32,000 nucleotides of DNA, from NCBI RefSeq assembly GCF_017876815.1, contig NZ_JAGIOS010000002.1, positions 870,001-902,000 of the forward strand, given 5' to 3'. Source of the DNA: Sinorhizobium meliloti (GTDB lineage: Bacteria > Pseudomonadota > Alphaproteobacteria > Rhizobiales > Rhizobiaceae). Of the stretch, positions 1-6,906 are shown in pieces. Every line of letters begins with the position of its first letter. Within the stretch, counting starts at the first letter, position 1. Under the pieces are notes generated by a model. That model saw nothing but the letters and a program-made list of their open reading frames with translations. It was not told the DNA's origin and made no database searches. The translations under genes were made by a program, and so were the position numbers.

Positions 1-864
1 CTGCCGTGCGGTCTTCTGGTCGCGCGAAAGCGCGACCGCGGCGTCCATTGCGGCCGCCCCTTGAGCGATCGCGTTCTGGAAGACGGTTACGTCCAGGTCG
101 CCCGCGGCCATGGCGGCCAGGCCGTCCGGCGTCGCGTCGATGCCGCCTACCACGACCTTCGACATGTCGACCCCCGCCGCCTTCATTGCCTGGATCGCGC
201 CGATCGCCATCTCGTCGTTATTGGCGATGATGGCATTGAATTCCCGTCCTGTCGAAAGCCAGTTCGTCATGATGTTGGCGGCTTCGAGCCGGTCCCAATT
301 GGCGCTCTGCTCCTCGATGACGCTCATGCCCTTGCATTCGTCGGTGGCGATGACGTCGTGAATGTCCTTCGTGCGCGTAAGCGAAGAGTGATTGTTGAGC
401 GGTCCCATGAGGACATAGGCAGCACCTTTGCCGCCGAGCAGCCGGCAGACTTCCTTCGTCTCGAGCGTTCCGGAATCGATCTCGTTGGAGCCGACGAAGG
501 CAGCCGTCTCGGGCAGTTTGTCGACATCGGCCGGCGGATGGTTCGCATAGACGATCGGAATGCCCGCGTCGGTCGCCATCTTCGTCAACGCCGGCGTGCT
601 GTCGCCGTCGACCGCGACGACGATGATCGCATCGACGCCGGAAGAGACGAAGTTCTGCACCTGGTCGAGCTGGCGGCTCGTGTCGTTCTGCGCATCTTCG
701 ACCTGGACGGTGACGCCATCGAGCTTGGCCGCCTGGTCCTGCATTCCGTTTCGCAGAATGGTGAGGAATGCGCTGTCGGAACGGGCGATGGTGATGCCGA
801 CGTTCTCGGCATGCGCGCTGCCGGCAAAGAGAGCCAGGACTGCGGCGGACAATAGATGTTTCAT
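1..864 (-). CDS. Periplasmic sugar-binding protein of an ABC transporter (PBP type 1, ribose/inositol/rhizopine-binding-like). The 3' end runs off the window.
   Basis: Absent from the ORF track because it has no in-window stop. My reverse-complement translation from the ATG (CAT at 862-864) gives MKHLLSAAVLALFAGSAHA/ENVGITIARSDSAFLTILRNGMQDQAAKLDGV...IIANNDEMAIGAIQAMKAAG. That is a signal peptide followed by a typical sugar-SBP sequence. GGGAGG RBS (complement of 871-877) lies about 6 nt upstream. The 61..855 + ORF is its antisense shadow. Confidence 0.85.
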   Translation of the reverse strand, partial: MKHLLSAAVLALFAGSAHAENVGITIARSDSAFLTILRNGMQDQAAKLDGVTVQVEDAQNDTSRQLDQVQNFVSSGVDAIIVVAVDGDSTPALTKMATDAGIPIVYANHPPADVDKLPETAAFVGSNEIDSGTLETKEVCRLLGGKGAAYVLMGPLNNHSSLTRTKDIHDVIATDECKGMSVIEEQSANWDRLEAANIMTNWLSTGREFNAIIANNDEMAIGAIQAMKAAGVDMSKVVVGGIDATPDGLAAMAAGDLDVTVFQNAIAQGAAAMDAAVALSRDQKTARQ

Positions 865-928
865 GGGTAAACCTCCCTCAGCTGGACTTCAGAATCCATG
901 TGTAAATGGAATACAGGTTCTGAAGAAA

Positions 929-960
929 ATCAAGAATGAAATGTACGTTTCATTCTTGAT
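929..960. promoter_or_regulatory. Perfect 13-bp inverted repeat ATCAAGAATGAAA-N6-TTTCATTCTTGAT. Candidate repressor operator for the SBP gene and/or terminator hairpin of the upstream SDR gene.
   Basis: Arms 929-941 and 948-960 are exact reverse complements and are AT-rich in a GC-rich context. The repeat lies 65-96 nt upstream of the minus-strand SBP start (864) and 65 nt past the minus-strand SDR stop (1025). On the minus strand it is followed by TTTTCTTC. Confidence 0.45.
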
Positions 961-1024
961 TTCGGTGGAGGCTATCGGCGCGACGGCACCACTTCATGGC
1001 GGTGAATGAAAGGCCGGCGTCCGG

Positions 1025-1882
1025 TCAAAGGAAAGGCTTGCCGCCGGTCACGGCAATCGTTGCGCCCGACACGTAGCTCGACATCGGATCCGCCAGCATG
1101 ACATAGGCCGAGGCGAGTTCCACGGGCTGGCCCGGTCGCTTCATCGGCACCTGTTTGCCGAAATTGGCGACGGTATCCTCGGGCATGGTGGAGGGGATCA
1201 GCGGCGTCCAGATCGGGCCCGGGGCCACGACATTCACCCTTATCCCGCGTTCGGCCAACATCTGCGCGAGACCGGCGCTGAAATTGTGGATCGCGCCCTT
1301 GGTGGTCGCATAGGCGAGTAGGATCGGATTGGGAACGTCGGCATTGATGGAAGCGGTGTTGATGATGGCGCTGCCCTTCTTCATGTGCGGCACCGCTGCC
1401 TTGGTCAGGTAGAACATGGCGTGCATGTTGACGCGGAATGTCAGCTCCCACTCCTCGTCGCTGATGTCTTCGATGTTCTTGAAGGTCGCCTGATGGGCTG
1501 CATTGTTGACGAGAATGTCGATGCCGCCGAGTTCCCGAACGGCCGTTTCGACGATCCTGCGGCAATGGTCGGACGACTGGATGTCGCCGGCGGCGAGCAC
1601 GGCCTTGCGACCTGCTTCCTCCACCAGAGCCTTGGTGGCCATCGCGTCGTCATGCTCGCTCAGATAGCTGATAAGGACGTCCGCTCCCTCGCGCGCATAG
1701 GCGATCGCCACGGCCCTGCCGATGCCGCTGTCCCCGCCGGTGATGATGGCTCTCTTGTCCTTCAGGCGTCCGGAACCCTGGTAGGAGTTTTCCCCGTGAT
1801 CCGGCAGCGGCTGCATCCGATCGGTAGTGCCGGGCATTTCCTGGGTTTGGCGGGGAAAGGGAGGGTGCGGAAATTTTTCCAT
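1025..1882 (-). CDS. SDR family NAD(P)-dependent oxidoreductase, YghA/YdaD (general stress protein 39)-like
   Basis: Motifs ITGGDSGIGRA (cofactor), NNAA, YATTKGAI (YxxxK) and APGPIWTP. AAGGAG RBS lies about 8 nt upstream of the ATG at 1882. The ORF-track start at 1990 is an upstream extension. Confidence 0.9.
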   Translation of the reverse strand: MEKFPHPPFPRQTQEMPGTTDRMQPLPDHGENSYQGSGRLKDKRAIITGGDSGIGRAVAIAYAREGADVLISYLSEHDDAMATKALVEEAGRKAVLAAGDIQSSDHCRRIVETAVRELGGIDILVNNAAHQATFKNIEDISDEEWELTFRVNMHAMFYLTKAAVPHMKKGSAIINTASINADVPNPILLAYATTKGAIHNFSAGLAQMLAERGIRVNVVAPGPIWTPLIPSTMPEDTVANFGKQVPMKRPGQPVELASAYVMLADPMSSYVSGATIAVTGGKPFL

Positions 1883-1958
1883 GGTCACGAACTCCTTCGC
1901 AAGACTCCTTCTAGAATGGCGATCGGCATCGCTGGGCTGCCCCGGCGAGTACGGCCCT

Positions 1959-1983
1959 AACTCGAGCAGACCGGCTTTGTTCC
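1959..1983 (-). promoter_or_regulatory. EcfG/RpoE2-type general stress promoter motif (GGAAC-N16-aGTT) facing the SDR gene
   Basis: The minus strand reads GGAAC (plus 1983-1979), then a 16-nt spacer, then AGTT (plus 1962-1959). It lies about 75 nt upstream of the ATG at 1882. The first base of the -10 element is A rather than consensus C. Confidence 0.5.
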
Positions 1984-2014
1984 GGGCCATGGGAGCCTTG
2001 AGAAGACCGCCGAT

Positions 2015-2039
2015 GGAACTTCGCCTACGGCTCTACGTT
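2015..2039 (+). promoter_or_regulatory. EcfG/RpoE2-type general stress promoter motif (GGAAC-N16-CGTT, full consensus)
   Basis: GGAAC at 2015-2019, 16-nt spacer, CGTT at 2036-2039. It lies 33 nt upstream of the ATG at 2072 and is divergent from the motif at 1959-1983. Confidence 0.7.
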
Positions 2040-2071
2040 GCCCTCCTGACCCAAAAAAGCAGGAGAGTAAG

Positions 2072-2314
2072 ATGGAGAGAGCCAAGCGCCCATCGGCCGC
2101 CCCCCTTGATGTGAAGACTGTGGAACGGCCTGTCGAGAATGACAGCGATCTGCGCCCCGGGGCCGACAAACCCCCGATCGAACCGGACGATATCCCGAAC
2201 GCCAAGGCCGCGCGGGAGGCGGCGCGCCTGAAGAGGGATGAATACATCGTCAAGTCCGACCTGGAGGATGCCGACCAGCGCAATCCCCTACCCGACATGA
2301 AAGACCAGGAATGA
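2072..2314 (+). CDS. Small (80 aa) highly charged hydrophilic protein of unknown function, stress-protein-like
   Basis: AGGAGA RBS lies 5-6 nt upstream. Codons are almost all G/C-ending, matching the host bias. There is no hydrophobic segment. An EcfG-type motif lies directly upstream. Confidence 0.65.
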   Translation: MERAKRPSAAPLDVKTVERPVENDSDLRPGADKPPIEPDDIPNAKAAREAARLKRDEYIVKSDLEDADQRNPLPDMKDQE

Positions 2315-2369
2315 GTGCGATCCAGATGCCCAGTGATCGGTTCGCCTCGCAGCTTAATGGAGAATGACG

Positions 2370-2561
2370 ATGAAAACGCCAAAGGAAGGCGCGCCCGGCA
2401 CCACCGAGCAGTCGCCGCGGTGGGAAGGACCGAAGGAGACGCGCCCGAGAGGATACCTTCCCGCCAAGGATGATCCGGAACGCGACCGGGACGCCGTCGG
2501 CGAGAACCTAAAGGATCCGCATCGCGGCAAGGTTTCTGACGCCGGCAAGACGAAGCGTTAG
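2370..2561 (+). CDS. Small (63 aa) hydrophilic Lys/Asp/Pro-rich protein of unknown function
   Basis: The ORF track gives 2364..2561. GGAGA at 2359-2363 abuts the 2364 ATG but sits 6 nt before the ATG at 2370, so I prefer 2370. GC3 is high. Probably co-transcribed with 2072..2314. Confidence 0.55.
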   Translation: MKTPKEGAPGTTEQSPRWEGPKETRPRGYLPAKDDPERDRDAVGENLKDPHRGKVSDAGKTKR

Positions 2562-2573
2562 CCGGCCGGCGCC

Positions 2574-2598
2574 GGAACATCTTCTGTAGCTCGCGGTT
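2574..2598 (+). promoter_or_regulatory. EcfG/RpoE2-type promoter motif (GGAAC-N16-gGTT)
   Basis: GGAAC at 2574-2578 and GGTT at 2595-2598. It lies 60 nt upstream of the ATG at 2658 and just after the stop at 2561. Confidence 0.55.
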
Positions 2599-2657
2599 CC
2601 ACACGCGGCGGGGGCGATGCTTGCGATGCGGTTGCCGACTGCAGATGGAGGAGCAGT

Positions 2658-3674
2658 ATGTTGAATTCTCTCGAAGATGCAGTGGTCGTCATCACCGGGG
2701 CCTCGTCGGGGGTTGGACAGGCGACCGCCGAGGCCTTTGCCGGGCGCAGGTCGAAGCTCGTGCTGGCGGCCCGCGATGCGGCCGCGCTTCACGAGGTGGC
2801 CAGAACCTGCCGGGAACTCGGGGCGGAGGTTCTCGTCGCCCCGACCGACGTGACGGATGCCGATGCGGTCAAGGACCTGGCCAGGAAGGCGATGAGCTTC
2901 GGCAAGATAGACGTCTGGTTCAGCAATGTCGGCGTCGGCGCCGTCGGCCGCTTCGAGGAAACGCCGATCGAAGCGCATGAACAGGTCATCCGCACCAACC
3001 TGATCGGCCATCTCAACGACGCGCATGCGGCGGTTCCGATCTTCCGCAAGCAGGGACACGGCATTTTCATCAACATGATCTCGCTCGGCGGCTTCGCCTC
3101 TGCACCCTTTGCCGCGGCCTACAGCGCCAGCAAATTCGGCCTGAGGGGCTTTTCCGAAGCTCTACGGGCGGAGCTCGCGGACGAACGCGACATTCACATC
3201 TGCGACGTCTACCCGACCTTCATGGACACACCCGGGGTCGGGCACGGCGCCAATTACACCGGTCGCAGGCTGAGCGTTCCCCCGCCCGTCTACAATGCGC
3301 GCCGCGCTGCCCGGGCGATCGTGCGCCTGGCGGAACGCCCGCGCAATTCGCTGACCGTCGGCCTCGTCGCCGACCTGACGCGGTTTGCGCATTTCGTCGC
3401 GCCGAACATGACCCCGCGGCTCATGGCGAAGCTGACATCGCGCTATCTGAGCCGCGCGCCGCGCGTAGCGAGGAGCCATGGCAATCTGTTCAGGGCACCG
3501 GCAGAGCCCGGGGGCATAGACGGCGGGCTACGCTCGTCCCGCCGGGTCCCGGTCGCAACGACAGCCGCTGTCTGCGTGCTAGGCATTGCCGTCGCCGCGC
3601 TGGTCCTCGGCAAGTCGCGCGCGCCCGTCGGCCGAGGCCGCTCCAGCGTCGCGCGTCTCTTCAGGCGCGCTTAG
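2658..3674 (+). CDS. SDR family oxidoreductase with a C-terminal hydrophobic anchor
   Basis: Motifs ITGASSGVGQA, NVGVG and YSASKFGLRGF (YxxxK). A C-terminal segment VATTAAVCVLGIAVAALVLG looks like a TM helix. Confidence 0.9.
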   Translation: MLNSLEDAVVVITGASSGVGQATAEAFAGRRSKLVLAARDAAALHEVARTCRELGAEVLVAPTDVTDADAVKDLARKAMSFGKIDVWFSNVGVGAVGRFEETPIEAHEQVIRTNLIGHLNDAHAAVPIFRKQGHGIFINMISLGGFASAPFAAAYSASKFGLRGFSEALRAELADERDIHICDVYPTFMDTPGVGHGANYTGRRLSVPPPVYNARRAARAIVRLAERPRNSLTVGLVADLTRFAHFVAPNMTPRLMAKLTSRYLSRAPRVARSHGNLFRAPAEPGGIDGGLRSSRRVPVATTAAVCVLGIAVAALVLGKSRAPVGRGRSSVARLFRRA

Positions 3675-3773
3675 GCGGCATCGGATCGTTGACTTTCGCC
3701 GCATTCGCAGTGAAGATCGCGACATACTAATATAAATTTTCACTTCCGCGATCGCGCGAAGGCAGAGTTGCGC

Positions 3774-5438
3774 ATGACGATCACGCAGCCGACCCGGAAT
3801 GACGCGCCTGCGCGCGCTCACCGCCCCGCCAGGGAATTTGCCGGGCTGGCGCGCGAGTGGCTGTTGCGCACCGATCCGGAACGCCTAATCTGCCTCGGTC
3901 GCGTGATCACGGCAGCGTTCGCTATCCTGGCGATCTATCTCGATCCCACTCGGCCGAACTCGCTTCTTTACGAGTCTCGCGTCGTTCTCGGCCTCTACCT
4001 TCTCCTCGCAATTGCGCTGGTGATCTTCCCGCTGCGGTACTCGTTCATCAGCCCGGTGCACCTTCTGATCCATGGTATCGACGCGGCGGTCGTCGGCTGG
4101 CTGACGTTTCTGACGAACGAACTGGCGAGCCCGTTCTTTTCTATACTTCCGTTCGTCATCCTGGCGATGACGATGCGCTGGGGTTTGAAGGGTGCCGCGC
4201 TCGGAGCACTGATCGCCCTTCTCGTCCAACTCGTGGTCGGCCTTCCCGACCTTCTCGACGGCGACGCGGAACTCAACGTCTTCATCATGCGGTCCATCTA
4301 TTTCGTGCTCGTCGCCGCGACGCTCGGCTATTTCGGAGCCTATCGCGAACGAAGCCGGCAGCGCCTTGCGCAACTCGCGCAGTGGCCGCCGGGCGCAATC
4401 GGCGAGGACCGGGTGTCGTGGCTGAGCATCCTGTTGGAACATGCTTCCGGCGTTCTTGGCGATGCGCATCTGCTCGTCATCTGGCGCGAGCAGGAATTCG
4501 AATCGGGGTGCGTAGCATACTGGGCCAACGGTACGCTCCAACTGGCCGACCTCAGGCACACCGACTTCTGGCGTCGTCACGATCCCGATCACCACGAGGG
4601 ACGCGGTCGCAGGAGCGGAGAGGCGCTGAATGGCCTCTTCGCCGATTTGCCCCAAATCCACGCAAACACCGAGCAATCGGATCTCAAGGTATTTTCCGCC
4701 GCCTTCTCCAGTGTCCGATATCGCGGCTGCGTTTTCGTGGTCAGCTTCGCCAACGCCGCCGACGACACGAAAGATCTGTCTCAGATCATCGCCACCCGCG
4801 TCGGGACGGAGCTCGAGCGTGTCGCTCTTATCCAGGCCGCCCGTTCGGAGGGGCGCATGCGCCTTGCCCGCGATCTGCATGACAGCGTGCTTCAGAACCT
4901 CACTGCGGCGCGTCTCAAACTGAAACTGATCGAAGAAGGAATCCCGGATGGCGCGAAGACGCAGCTGACCGAGGTTGGGTCGCTCATCCTCGAACAGCAG
5001 CAATGTGTCCGCAAATTCGTGGATGAGAACCGACCGGGAGAGGAAGGCAATCTCGCCAAGCTCGAGCAGGAACTTCCGGAATTTCTCGACCTGTTGAGAA
5101 CGCAGTGGAATTGCGCAATCGACGTGTCGCACGGACCCGCGCCGCTCGTGGTGCCCAGATGGATGCTTTACGAGATAATGCAATTGATCTCCGAAGCCGC
5201 GAGCAATGCGGTGCGCCACGGACGAGCGACGCTGTTGCGGATAGCTTTTGCCAGGACCGCGGAGCTCCTGAACCTGGAGATCACCGATAACGGCACGGGA
5301 ATACCGGGTGAACTCGAGATGAATCCCCTTTCGCTGTCGCAGCGGGTGGCGGAGCTTGGCGGAAAGCTGGCAGTCTGCCGGAATTCTCCTGGCCTCGGGC
5401 TCAAGATCGCGCTACCGCTGAAGCTGGAGGTCAGGTGA
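3774..5438 (+). CDS. Membrane sensor histidine kinase, HisKA_3 (NarX/DesK-like) class
   Basis: The N-terminal ~200 aa contain about 5-6 hydrophobic helices. H-box DLHDSVLQNLTAARLKL. HATPase motifs EAASNAVRHG, DNGTGIP and GLGLK. ATG at 3774; the track start at 3768 is a TTG two codons upstream. Confidence 0.9.
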   Translation: MTITQPTRNDAPARAHRPAREFAGLAREWLLRTDPERLICLGRVITAAFAILAIYLDPTRPNSLLYESRVVLGLYLLLAIALVIFPLRYSFISPVHLLIHGIDAAVVGWLTFLTNELASPFFSILPFVILAMTMRWGLKGAALGALIALLVQLVVGLPDLLDGDAELNVFIMRSIYFVLVAATLGYFGAYRERSRQRLAQLAQWPPGAIGEDRVSWLSILLEHASGVLGDAHLLVIWREQEFESGCVAYWANGTLQLADLRHTDFWRRHDPDHHEGRGRRSGEALNGLFADLPQIHANTEQSDLKVFSAAFSSVRYRGCVFVVSFANAADDTKDLSQIIATRVGTELERVALIQAARSEGRMRLARDLHDSVLQNLTAARLKLKLIEEGIPDGAKTQLTEVGSLILEQQQCVRKFVDENRPGEEGNLAKLEQELPEFLDLLRTQWNCAIDVSHGPAPLVVPRWMLYEIMQLISEAASNAVRHGRATLLRIAFARTAELLNLEITDNGTGIPGELEMNPLSLSQRVAELGGKLAVCRNSPGLGLKIALPLKLEVR

Positions 5439-6073
5439 TGCATTCGGTGTTGCTCGTCGACGACCACCCGTTGCTCCTGCGAGGATTGCAGGACATCATC
5501 GCCGCAGCGCCGGACTTCGACGTCGTCGGAGCAACGGCAAGTGGCGTCGAAGCGATTTCGCTCATATCCCGCCTCCAGCCGGACATTGCCGTCCTCGACG
5601 TGGCCATGCCGGGCATGGGCGGATTGGAAATCCTGAGGGCGATCCGCGGCACGCGGCGGCTGACGAGGGTGATCTTCCTGACCGCGACGATCAGCGGTCC
5701 GCAGATCGCGGAAGCGCTGAAGATGGGGCTCTCTGGGCTTCTCCTGAAGGAATATGCGCCGGAAGCGCTGCTCGACTGCATGCGGCGGGTCGCCATGGGC
5801 GGGAAGTGGCTGCCGGCCGATCTGATGGCAAATGCGTCTCAGGTCAGTAACGACGCGCCGCTGGAGAGGTTCAGTCTGCTTACACCGCGAGAACGCGAGA
5901 TATCAGCGCTGATTTGCGGCGGTCTCTCCAACCGCATGATCGCGTCGAGGCTCGGAACCTCCGAAGGTACGGTCGGAATCCACCTGCACAATATCTTCCG
6001 CAAATTGGACATCAGCAATCGCGCCACGCTTGCTGCGCTTCATGTTCAGTACGCCAATCCCTTGAGATCTTGA
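5438..6073 (+). CDS. NarL/FixJ (LuxR-type HTH) family response regulator
   Basis: Receiver motifs LLVDDHP and IAVLDVAMPGMGG. C-terminal HTH is LTPREREISALICGGLSNRMIASRLGTSEGTVGIHLHNIFRKL. The ATG at 5438 overlaps the kinase TGA (TGATG); an in-frame GTG at 5435 is the alternative start. Confidence 0.9.
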   Translation: MHSVLLVDDHPLLLRGLQDIIAAAPDFDVVGATASGVEAISLISRLQPDIAVLDVAMPGMGGLEILRAIRGTRRLTRVIFLTATISGPQIAEALKMGLSGLLLKEYAPEALLDCMRRVAMGGKWLPADLMANASQVSNDAPLERFSLLTPREREISALICGGLSNRMIASRLGTSEGTVGIHLHNIFRKLDISNRATLAALHVQYANPLRS

Positions 6074-6081
6074 GCCGCTCG

Positions 6082-6109
6082 AAAAAAAACGGAGGCATTT
6101 GAGCCTCCG
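6082..6109 (-). terminator. Rho-independent terminator of the small minus-strand gene 6144..6317
   Basis: The minus strand reads CGGAGGC-TCAAAT-GCCTCCG followed by TTTTTTTT (plus A-run 6082-6089). That is a 7-bp GC stem. On the plus strand the same hairpin follows the response-regulator stop but has no T-tract. Confidence 0.8.
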
Positions 6110-6143
6110 AGCTGGCATGGAGCTTGCGATAAGTCGGTGCCGG

Positions 6144-6317
6144 TCAACCGCCGCTATCCTGTTTTCCTTTGTCGCCCTTCTTGTGGCCGACATCGCGGCT
6201 GTCCGCGAAGGCCTTGTCGGAAGATCCGTCGAATACAGTAATCGATACAAGCGGAAGCACCAGCAGGAAGGATACTCCCAGTGCGCATACGGAAACAATT
6301 CTCCTATGTGTAAGCAT
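6144..6317 (-). CDS. Small (57 aa) secreted or membrane-anchored peptide with a Lys/Gly/Asp-rich tail
   Basis: Internal start of track ORF 6144..6473: MLTHRRIVSVCALGVSFLLVLPLVSITVFDGSSDKAFADSRDVGHKKGDKGKQDSGG. It has an N-terminal hydrophobic signal or anchor. AAAGGGG RBS lies 6-7 nt upstream, and a strong terminator follows. Codon usage is less GC3-biased than in neighbouring genes. Confidence 0.45.
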   Translation of the reverse strand: MLTHRRIVSVCALGVSFLLVLPLVSITVFDGSSDKAFADSRDVGHKKGDKGKQDSGG

Positions 6318-6906
6318 AGGTGGCCCCTTTCCTATAAAAGGCGACGGTTTACTGAGGACGCGTCGTTGTTCGGCTTTGTCGTCCGTGAAGTTGCAACCCT
6401 TCACGAACGCATCGTCGCACCAAAGCATGTAGGCCGAAATATAGTGAACCCTATATGCTCGTCTCCAGGGCAAGAGCGGTGGTGGCGACAGTTCGCTGCC
6501 GGCGTCCGAAACATCGACGCGCCTGACGACTGCTCGCTGCCGCAGAGCGCCCGATCGGCGCCGCGTCCCACCTGCACTATATCATTTGCTATATTTCCAA
6601 CACGCGCCTGCGGTGCCAGTATCCGCGAGATTGTCTTGCGTAGAAAAGGAATTGTCGAAATCACGATGTTTCGAGTCGACACCCCAAGCTCAGCACGAAA
6701 TCTATATTGAATTGAGCGGGAACCGCGCGACAAGCCGCACATATCTCTCATCCCGCGCCGGTACCAAATGAATGACCGCGCGAGCCTCGCGCACTCAGGG
6801 GAGCGCGCAACATCACCAATGCTCGGCTCTTTTACGTCAGCAATCCTCTAAGCGTTGGAGCAACATCCTGGTCGCTCCGCCGGGGAGATTTTAGGGAGGA
6901 ATTCCC

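Noticed and set aside
1883-1990. N-terminal extensions given by the ORF track. Track starts are 1990, 3768, 10174, 13122, 13811, 14485, 17732, 17775, 19195, 19310, 22223, 23680 and 28597.
   Set aside because: Downstream starts have proper RBS spacing and match where homologous families begin. Several extensions would run through terminators, promoter motifs or neighbouring genes. Start choices remain less certain than stops.
6401-6751. A 116-aa minus-strand ORF in the lower-GC spacer with a faint HTH-like string (AELGVSTRNIV...). It could be a small regulator or an AraC/LuxR remnant.
   Set aside because: There is no RBS, codon usage is poor, and the resemblance is too weak to call by eye. 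It is left as something to test by BLASTX within the spacer finding.
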